11,019 bases of DNA. Source: an uncultured bacterium (GTDB lineage: Bacteria > JAJVIF01 > JAPKYR01). Within the stretch, counting starts at the first letter, position 1. Each line of letters opens with the position of its first letter. Made by a program: the position numbers and the translations under genes. Positions 1 through 6,529 of the stretch are shown here, one piece after another. The notes under the pieces were generated by a model. That model ran no database searches. It saw only the letters and a list, made by a program, of their open reading frames with translations, and was not told the origin of the DNA. The DNA lies in contig CBDURU010000116.1 in the NCBI GenBank assembly GCA_965369865.1, forward strand, positions 1 through 11,019. Direction: 5' to 3'.

Positions 1-195
1 TCTACGGGGTGGTTTGGGGATGGTAGGAAGACGCACTGCCGTGCTGTTCTACGGGATGGTTTGGGGATGGTAGGTGGACGCACTGCCGTGCTGTTCTACG
101 GGGTGGTTTGGGGATGGTAGGTGGACGCACTGCCGTGCTGTTCTACGGGGTGGTTTGGGGATGGTAGGTAGACGCACTGCCGTGCTGTTCTACGG
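1..195. repeat. 47-bp tandem repeat array (4 full units + 7-nt partial; probably truncated by the window edge) of GTAG-type REP-like imperfect palindromes with G-rich linkers
   Basis: TCTACGG recurs at 1, 48, 95, 142 and 189 (period 47). Unit: TCTACGGG(G/A)TGGTTTGGGGATGGTAGG(AA/TG/TG/TA)GACGCACTGCCGTGCTGT. The 30-bp GTAG...GCAC-TGCC-GTGC...CTAC palindromes lie at 23-52, 70-99, 117-146 and 164-193. The repeat is directly observed; the REP assignment is inference. Confidence 0.93.
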
Positions 196-227
196 TTTGT
201 CATTTTTTCGATGGCTAAATATGAAAT

Positions 228-1025
228 TTATAAAAATAGTGCGATACCCACAACCGCGCAGTAAATCGCAAATCCCCATAGCCTTCCTTTCTCCACTACA
301 CCAATCAACAACGGAATCGCCAGCAGTCCGGCGCCAAGCGCGCACAGAAAACCGATGGTCGCGGGACCAGGCGCGAATGAAACCCTCGCGGTGAGTGCGT
401 CCGGAATCTGAACCAGAGCGGCGAGAAAAATTGTGGGGATTGAAAGCAGGAATGAATAACGGCACGCTTCACGCGGCGCGAGTCCGAGGGCCAGTCCGGC
501 GATTATTGTGGACCCGCTGCGGGAAATTCCCGGCAGGACACCGCACGCCTGGGCAAGTCCGATTATCACGGCCCCGACCCAGGTGAGTTTCCCGAGGCCT
601 TTACCACTCTTTCTCAATAAAGGCAGGACAGCCAGTGCGGCAGCGTTTATCAGAAGAAAAATCCTGACACCCTCAATAGATTCGAAGAGGGTTTCCAGAT
701 TGTCCTTGAATGGAAGCGCTATACCGGTAACGATAATGCTTATGGCGAGAAATCCGACCAGGCGCCATTTTGGAATTGGCTCGTAATCGCCCTGCTTACC
801 CCCAACTGTTCTCGATGTAAAAATGCTTTTCAGATCTGCCCTGTACACCCACATAACCGCAAGCAATGTCGCAAGATGAAGGTAGAGGTCGAAGGTGACG
901 TTCTTAGTAGCTTCCCTTAGCCCCATGAAGTACTGGAGAATCACAAGATGACCGGACGATGAAACGGGCAGGAACTCGGTGAGTCCCTGCACGATACCAA
1001 GTAATATTGCGTCGAAATATCCCAT
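228..1025 (-). CDS. uppP: Undecaprenyl-diphosphate phosphatase (UppP/BacA)
   Basis: 265-aa polytopic membrane protein with both BacA signature motifs, GIVQGLTEFLPVSSSGH and PGISRSGST, plus the typical YSFLLSIP segment. Confidence 0.97.
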   Translation of the reverse strand: MGYFDAILLGIVQGLTEFLPVSSSGHLVILQYFMGLREATKNVTFDLYLHLATLLAVMWVYRADLKSIFTSRTVGGKQGDYEPIPKWRLVGFLAISIIVTGIALPFKDNLETLFESIEGVRIFLLINAAALAVLPLLRKSGKGLGKLTWVGAVIIGLAQACGVLPGISRSGSTIIAGLALGLAPREACRYSFLLSIPTIFLAALVQIPDALTARVSFAPGPATIGFLCALGAGLLAIPLLIGVVEKGRLWGFAIYCAVVGIALFL

Positions 1026-1057
1026 GTAATGTAATTTCTACGTATGAGTTAATAAAT

Positions 1058-1474
1058 TCAACGTCCCGTTCCACCGGGAATTGCAATGATCGAGGATTGC
1101 CATGCCTGGAGCGTGATGGCCGTAACACTGTTATCCAATGCTATCGGGATGTACATATGCCCCGGGATCAGGTCGATATCACCGGTCAGGACAAGTCCAT
1201 CGGAAATATCGATAATCTTTGTGCGCAGATCCGGGGCAAGGACAAGCCCGGCGGCCCCGGAAACCAGCACGATTCCCCTGCCCGAATCGATCATCAGTTC
1301 CTCGCCGCCTTCGAGCTGAACCGGACTGAAACCGATCGCGGTTTCAAGGTAACTCAGACTTACCGCAGGATCGGTTTCGGAACCGGGTTGAGCGTGACCG
1401 GTCCGGTTAAAAAATGCAAAGGCTAAAATAGCAATAATGATGGCTATTATCATAAAGCGATATGTCGTTTTCAT
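1058..1474 (-). CDS. Small secreted hypothetical protein (138 aa)
   Basis: Signal peptide-like N-terminus (MKTTYRFMIIAIIIAILAFAFF...GHA|QPG) and a GAGGG SD-like sequence 7 nt upstream. It sits in operon spacing (25 and 32 bp gaps). The mature part starts PGSETDPAVSLSYLE and continues as a beta-rich domain. Confidence 0.82.
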   Translation of the reverse strand: MKTTYRFMIIAIIIAILAFAFFNRTGHAQPGSETDPAVSLSYLETAIGFSPVQLEGGEELMIDSGRGIVLVSGAAGLVLAPDLRTKIIDISDGLVLTGDIDLIPGHMYIPIALDNSVTAITLQAWQSSIIAIPGGTGR

Positions 1475-1499
1475 TGATAAACCCTCACGGTGGAAATTT

Positions 1500-2213
1500 C
1501 TATTCCTCTAACGCATTTATCCAAAGGCCATTTCGATCGTACGTAACCGCGTCGATTATCAGTCCCTCTTCCAGGATCTCAACACGTATATCAAACGCGT
1601 TCCGTTCCTCTATAAGCTGGATCCAACCCTCGGGAACAACGCTGTCCGGATTGTAGTAACTCCGGTTTTTAAAAGTCGCGATTCCCCTGTCATCCACTTC
1701 CCAATCACCGAGAAGCGTGAGGGGCATGATCGTGACAAGCCCGAAATCCCCCTGGATACGGCACTGGCCCTGGTACTCGGAGATTCGAAGGTCCCTGAGA
1801 TCTGTTGAATTCCTCTCAAGCCGCTCAGCGAGGCTGTTGTTGGTCAATCGCCCGAAAAATTTCCTGCCCTCAATGGATTTAATGACAATCTCCTCATCCT
1901 TTATAAGCGGTAGTAATTCCAGTTCAATCCGGTCGATCCCCAGGCGAGCGGACTGCCATGTATCGTTATCCACCCGAAGTGCATCGGCTTCAATATACAA
2001 ATCTTTAATAACCACTGTCGGGGGCCAGAGTTTTATCCTGACATCGAAACGGTATTCATCATCGCTACCGGGCTGGAAGGCGCCGATGAAAGCGATTGTG
2101 ATGGGTGGATGCATGCGATCGATGATCGGCTCGGCGAAATACCACAGAGCCCAGTAGAGTAAACCTGCAAGGATAATAAGTGTTATCAGGAGATTTCTGA
2201 TGAAACGGATCAT
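1500..2213 (-). CDS. N-terminally membrane-anchored protein, tentatively DUF2993/LmeA-like lipid-binding fold (237 aa)
   Basis: A single N-terminal TM helix is followed by long amphipathic strands, a central RLTNNSLAERL helix and a C-terminal LIIDAVTYDRNGLWINA hairpin. This layout recalls DUF2993 proteins. The CDS itself is well supported; the family call is by-eye inference. Confidence 0.6.
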   Translation of the reverse strand: MIRFIRNLLITLIILAGLLYWALWYFAEPIIDRMHPPITIAFIGAFQPGSDDEYRFDVRIKLWPPTVVIKDLYIEADALRVDNDTWQSARLGIDRIELELLPLIKDEEIVIKSIEGRKFFGRLTNNSLAERLERNSTDLRDLRISEYQGQCRIQGDFGLVTIMPLTLLGDWEVDDRGIATFKNRSYYNPDSVVPEGWIQLIEERNAFDIRVEILEEGLIIDAVTYDRNGLWINALEE

Positions 2214-2228
2214 CGGTCAGGACCCGTG

Positions 2229-2918
2229 TTACCTGGAGACAATCTGGAAGTGCCAACTGATAATGTCAGCCTCAGGGGGGGCTATATCCTCATGCTCGTT
2301 CGGGATTTCCTCCTGCGGGTTGTGCACCTCGTTCCAGAAATCGGCAGTGCTGTTTATGTTGATGCTTATTCCATAATTGTAAAAACTGTCGAAAACAAAC
2401 GGGTCGTATTCATATTCAAACTGGCTTTCAGCATCGATTGCCTGGTTGCACACAATCATGTTCATATTTATTATACCCGACGCGAGAGGAACGTCTGTAA
2501 GGTCGATTCTCAACGTAAACTGATCACCGTTCGCGTTAGTGCCAGGCAATAATTCGTTAAGGAACGCCTCTTCTATCGGGAATACATCAATCAGGTTACC
2601 CCCGGTAACTCCCTCACCGCCATACCCCCTGTAAATCCCCAACTCATGGTCCGGGGGCCATCCCCACATATAATAGACCGACCAGTTCTTACCCCTGTCT
2701 TCACCCTCAAAAATCGGTCGCGGTTTTTTTTCAGGATCTCCTGAGAGGTTAAAAACTATGTAATAAAAAAGGTCTTCCCGCTTGGCGCCACCGAGTCGCA
2801 TAGTGACCTGAATGATTGTCTGTGTTTCCTGCTCTCCTTTCGGCAGGTTGTCGTACGCACATCCTGTTTGTGGAATCAGGAGCAGGATTAACAATAAATA
2901 TATAAGTTTAGGGCGCAT
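2229..2918 (-). CDS. Uncharacterised predicted lipoprotein (229 aa); start revised from 3071 to ATG 2918
   Basis: ATG 2918 gives MRPKLIYLLLILLLIPQTG|C (basic n-region, hydrophobic h-region, Cys20; the -3 Gln makes the lipobox atypical). AAAGGAAG lies upstream, and this start removes the overlap with lptD, leaving a 19-bp gap. Confidence 0.8.
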   Translation of the reverse strand: MRPKLIYLLLILLLIPQTGCAYDNLPKGEQETQTIIQVTMRLGGAKREDLFYYIVFNLSGDPEKKPRPIFEGEDRGKNWSVYYMWGWPPDHELGIYRGYGGEGVTGGNLIDVFPIEEAFLNELLPGTNANGDQFTLRIDLTDVPLASGIINMNMIVCNQAIDAESQFEYEYDPFVFDSFYNYGISININSTADFWNEVHNPQEEIPNEHEDIAPPEADIISWHFQIVSR

Positions 2919-2937
2919 AGTTATACTGCTTCCTTTG

Positions 2938-5397
2938 TCAATTATATCCCCCGTAACCGCCACCGTATCCCCCATATCCACCGTACCCTCCACCCGAACC
3001 TCCGAAATTATAGCCGCCTGCCCCGAAACCGCTTCCCGAGCCTGAGAAACTGTTGAAGAAATCGGGACCAAATGAATCGTCGGTAGTAGTATACCCTAAA
3101 TGTGCCTGAGGGAAACCGGTAACGCCCCAGGTCACACCCCAATAATCATTTTGCGTACGATACTGAAAAGCCAGATAAGTACAGTGCAGACGGTGAGTAA
3201 GCTTGATTTCACGAATGACATCATCCACATTCGGCGAGAAATCAAACGACACCTGCCCATCCCACTCCTCACCGATCACAAATGTAGTATTGGTTGTAAA
3301 TCGCTTAAGTGTGCCCGGTGGCTCGAAGGTCAGGTTTGACTGCATTCGAAACGAGCGATCATCGGTTATATTAACGGTAGACCGTATATCCGCAAGGTCA
3401 CCCTTCGCCAGGTTGTACTGCGTCGACAGGGTAATGGTAGTCGAACGGTTCGGAGTGTAATTAACCGATAATTGCATTGGCTGGAGGCGGTCGATTGTCC
3501 AGAGGTTGGTCCTTGCCGGGCCATAGGCCCTCCTGAGGATATAACTTGTGGATAACCTGATCGTGTACAACCTCCCATTCTGGTAGTTTAAATTCCATGC
3601 AAGACGGTTATTCGGGGATCCCGGGCGGTCGAGTCCTGTTAAAGGGATTCTTCCCTCGTTATCCTGCCGGGTCCAGTTCAATTGCCATTTTAATTTCGTC
3701 GTTAATTTCCATGTCCAGTTTACCTGGGTTCCATAGACATACCTGGCATCGCCGGTAGATGAAATCGCCTGCCATAAATCATGTTTTGACTGATTGCTGT
3801 GTGATGGGCAAAATTTATGGTTCCGGGTGAACCGCGTGTTGAAACGACCGTAAAATGCGTTAATTTCATCCCTGACCGGTCCTATGTAATAAAGACCCCC
3901 CAGAAGGTTCAACTGTTGCATCTGGAATCCCAGGATATTACGCCACTTCGCTGGAAATGCGGTCGGCTGGAAGGTCAGGTTTATTTCCGGCAGCCTGTCA
4001 GTGTAACCACGACCCCTGTCATTAAGGAAAGTATAAACATCCGGGTCCCAGTGCGTGTCGACTTTCGCGTTCCACGACCAACCTTCGCGCTGCTGGCGAA
4101 ATTCAAAGTGGGCGGTAAATTCCTCGTCGGCAGCCATGCCTGGAGTCTGTTTATTTACCTTGTATTCAACCCGTCCGCTTGTCGTTATGTTATTAATAAT
4201 TGTCCTGTTATGTGTTAAGTTCACAGATATGCTGGAACTGTGCGTCGCACCCGTTGCGGAACGACCTGTCAGGTTCAGGCTGGTCCGGGTGCCCGCGGTA
4301 TTGTAATTCGCATTAAACGTCGCATTTGTTGTGTTACTTCGTCCACGGGACAGATTATATTTGCTGCTCGTGTTAAACGAGAAATTACCGGTAAACCGAG
4401 ACCCGAATCGAATTGCCTGGTTCAATCTCAGATCATATTCGTTCGCGTGGCTGACTTCACCGGTGCTGTTGTCACGGTATGTCCCGTACAGGAAATTCCA
4501 GCTAATGCTTCCGTTGCCGTGCCTTGGGAGCACGTAGCTGTGGTCGGCCCCGATTCTCCAGCCCTTACGCGAGTAATACTCCAGGATTAATGCTCCGATG
4601 ATCAACTCTTCCGCCAGATAGTTATACCTTGTTTTCACATATAAGCCGTTGAAACTGTCTTTCCCGATCTGGACGGTCCAGGGAGTTTCAGCGGTGGAGT
4701 ACGACCAGTACGGGAACCATAAAATGGGGGTATTGAAAATGAACATATAACCGCTGCGGAAAATCACCTTGTTGCCCGGAAGGACTTTAATCGACCGGGC
4801 CTCGATATGATATTCGCGCCGTTCTGTCGGGGTGCAGGTGCTGCATCGTCCGTTGATCATCTTATAATCGTCGATATTCCCCTTCAACCGTTCGGCTTCG
4901 AACCAGACAAGCTCTGAAACGCCATTAACGATCAGGCTTCCACGGGCGTTGCGCATATCGAAATCATCATGCTGGTAGTCATACCAAATCGAGTCCGAGA
5001 AAATATCCCTGTCGGTGGTTACAAGCCTGACATTTCCTACACCAAAAAACTCATGCTTCCTGTCGTTCAACCGAACCTCATCGGCATAGATAATTACGTC
5101 CCGGAAATGCACCTCGACATTCCCCTGCAGTAGCAGGACATCTTCATCCTGGATTTCCTGCTGGTAATCGCTTTGGAAAAAAACCTCCTCTTCCTCTGCC
5201 CGGGCGGAATCCGGCCATGCGGGGATGGCAATTAATATGCTGATAATTATCAGCGTCCTGACGGATTTTAATACGCCTCTGTAATCGATTCTAAGCACAG
5301 ACTTCCAATGCCCCTCAGCACATTCGATAGCCGGGACCGACTTGAGGTTCATTAATAAAAGACTTCCAATCCTAAACTCAGGAAGGTGGGACTCCAC
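2938..5397 (-). CDS. lptD: LptD/OstA-family outer-membrane translocon (beta-jellyroll + beta-barrel); start uncertain (GTG 5397, ATG 5352 or GTG 5298)
   Basis: Signal peptide ...LIIISILIAIPAWPDSARA|EEE. OstA-like jellyroll (GNVEVHFRDVIIYADEV...GNVRL...SDSIWYDY), then STC...YHIEARSIKV, PILWFPY and RLPEINL motifs, many amphipathic strands, and RLHC near the C-terminus. Directly adjacent to LptF/G genes. Confidence 0.88.
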   Translation of the reverse strand: MESHLPEFRIGSLLLMNLKSVPAIECAEGHWKSVLRIDYRGVLKSVRTLIIISILIAIPAWPDSARAEEEEVFFQSDYQQEIQDEDVLLLQGNVEVHFRDVIIYADEVRLNDRKHEFFGVGNVRLVTTDRDIFSDSIWYDYQHDDFDMRNARGSLIVNGVSELVWFEAERLKGNIDDYKMINGRCSTCTPTERREYHIEARSIKVLPGNKVIFRSGYMFIFNTPILWFPYWSYSTAETPWTVQIGKDSFNGLYVKTRYNYLAEELIIGALILEYYSRKGWRIGADHSYVLPRHGNGSISWNFLYGTYRDNSTGEVSHANEYDLRLNQAIRFGSRFTGNFSFNTSSKYNLSRGRSNTTNATFNANYNTAGTRTSLNLTGRSATGATHSSSISVNLTHNRTIINNITTSGRVEYKVNKQTPGMAADEEFTAHFEFRQQREGWSWNAKVDTHWDPDVYTFLNDRGRGYTDRLPEINLTFQPTAFPAKWRNILGFQMQQLNLLGGLYYIGPVRDEINAFYGRFNTRFTRNHKFCPSHSNQSKHDLWQAISSTGDARYVYGTQVNWTWKLTTKLKWQLNWTRQDNEGRIPLTGLDRPGSPNNRLAWNLNYQNGRLYTIRLSTSYILRRAYGPARTNLWTIDRLQPMQLSVNYTPNRSTTITLSTQYNLAKGDLADIRSTVNITDDRSFRMQSNLTFEPPGTLKRFTTNTTFVIGEEWDGQVSFDFSPNVDDVIREIKLTHRLHCTYLAFQYRTQNDYWGVTWGVTGFPQAHLGYTTTDDSFGPDFFNSFSGSGSGFGAGGYNFGGSGGGYGGYGGYGGGYGGYN
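2941..3045 (-). other. Gly/Tyr-rich low-complexity C-terminal tail of LptD
   Basis: The last 35 aa are SGSGSGFGAGGYNFGGSGGGYGGYGGYGGGYGGYN (20 Gly, 6 Tyr). The codons vary, so it is not a simple DNA microsatellite. Confidence 0.9.
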
Positions 5398-5421
5398 ACC
5401 CTCGATTGACCACCCTCAATC

Positions 5422-6498
5422 TTACCGCCTGACCTTATAGAAAATGTAAATTCCGAAACAGAGAAAAATTACATTCGTGGCCCAGGCGCTAATCAGAGGA
5501 TAAGGAATAATACCTTGTTTTCCGAGAGATTTGAAGATAGATATGAGGATGTAATAGATCAAAACGAGAATAATCGCGTACAGCATGCCCATGAAGGTCT
5601 CTTTCCGGGGTGAGAATACCGAGAAAATAAAGCCCACGAACGAGAAAATAAAGCATGCCACAGGGGTGGAGTATTTAAAATGAAGGTCGGTTTTATAGGC
5701 GATGGGATCCATTCCCGCCGCTCGCAGCCGGTTGATCTGCTCCGCTATCTCCCCACCGGCCAGCGTGCCCGCGTCCTGCTTCTCCTCGTGGACCTCCTGC
5801 AGTTCCTCCGGGAAAGCTCTCCTCATCGGTTCATCGATCGATTCCCTGCCGCGCATCTCGCCATACTCGTCATAGATGAATGTACGCCCGTTATCGAGGA
5901 TCAGCTCGTCACCCTGAAAGCGTCCCGAGAACGCCAGCGTCAACCGTATCCATCCGTCCTCCTCCTTCTCGAGCATCATGGCCCTGATCAGGGTTTTTGT
6001 GTCGGTATTGAATGTGCCGGCATAAATAATCAATCCTTCCTCGCTCCGGAAAAATACATTTTGCTTTATATTGATCGCCTCATCGCCCTCGATGGCTTTT
6101 TTCAGTTCGTATGCTTTACGGCTGGCGATCGGCACAACGGTTTCATTAAGGTAATAAGTTATGGCCGAAAGCCCTATAGAAAGAATGAGGATCGGTATCA
6201 TAATCCTGAACAGGGATATTCCACCGCATCGCATGGCGGTAAGTTCGCTCGAATTTCCGAGCTGGCCGACCGCGAGCATCACACCGAACAGGCTCGCGAC
6301 AGGAAGCGACAAAACGATGGTCGCGGGAGCGTCGAGAAGATTGATCAGCGCGACCATGCCGAATGGAATTTTTTTCTCAAACAGAAGATCGGATGATGAG
6401 TAGAAATTGTTGCAGATAATAAGAATGGAGAATGCGAAAACCGCCGCGATTACAAACACCGCCACCATCCATGCTACGTATCTGTCAAGAAGTTTCAT
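5422..6498 (-). CDS. LptF/LptG-family permease (second copy; LptG position by gene order)
   Basis: 358 aa with MKLLDRY start, coupling helix SELTAMRCGGISLFRI, LNETVVP, 3 TM + periplasmic beta domain + 3 TM, and AWATN near the end. F versus G identity cannot be resolved by eye. Confidence 0.93.
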   Translation of the reverse strand: MKLLDRYVAWMVAVFVIAAVFAFSILIICNNFYSSSDLLFEKKIPFGMVALINLLDAPATIVLSLPVASLFGVMLAVGQLGNSSELTAMRCGGISLFRIMIPILILSIGLSAITYYLNETVVPIASRKAYELKKAIEGDEAINIKQNVFFRSEEGLIIYAGTFNTDTKTLIRAMMLEKEEDGWIRLTLAFSGRFQGDELILDNGRTFIYDEYGEMRGRESIDEPMRRAFPEELQEVHEEKQDAGTLAGGEIAEQINRLRAAGMDPIAYKTDLHFKYSTPVACFIFSFVGFIFSVFSPRKETFMGMLYAIILVLIYYILISIFKSLGKQGIIPYPLISAWATNVIFLCFGIYIFYKVRR

Positions 6499-6529
6499 AG
6501 CTTTAAAATTTTTACTCCACGATCGACCG

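Noticed and set aside
1..195. CRISPR array
   Set aside because: The 17-bp 'spacers' are essentially identical and too short, and there are no cas genes in the window. It is a tandem repeat.
74..465. ORFs 74..394 (+) and 190..465 (-)
   Set aside because: They are translations of the repeat array or alternative frames overlapping uppP, with no protein-like features.
2919..3071. 51-aa N-terminal extension of the lipoprotein ORF (start 3071)
   Set aside because: It overlaps the LptD Gly-rich tail in another frame and would bury the signal peptide. ATG 2918 has an SD-like site.
3775..3825. LptD segment NHKFCPSHSNQSKHD breaks the expected amphipathic strand pattern
   Set aside because: It could be a loop or local base-call errors. 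The frame is intact and it cannot be resolved without reads or orthologs.
5299..5420. Short direct repeats near the lptD start (AGACTTCCAAT twice; CACCCTC(G/A)AT at 5397 and 5411)
   Set aside because: They are too short to support a function. At most they reflect small duplications in a poorly constrained region or tandem SD-like GAGGGT sequences.
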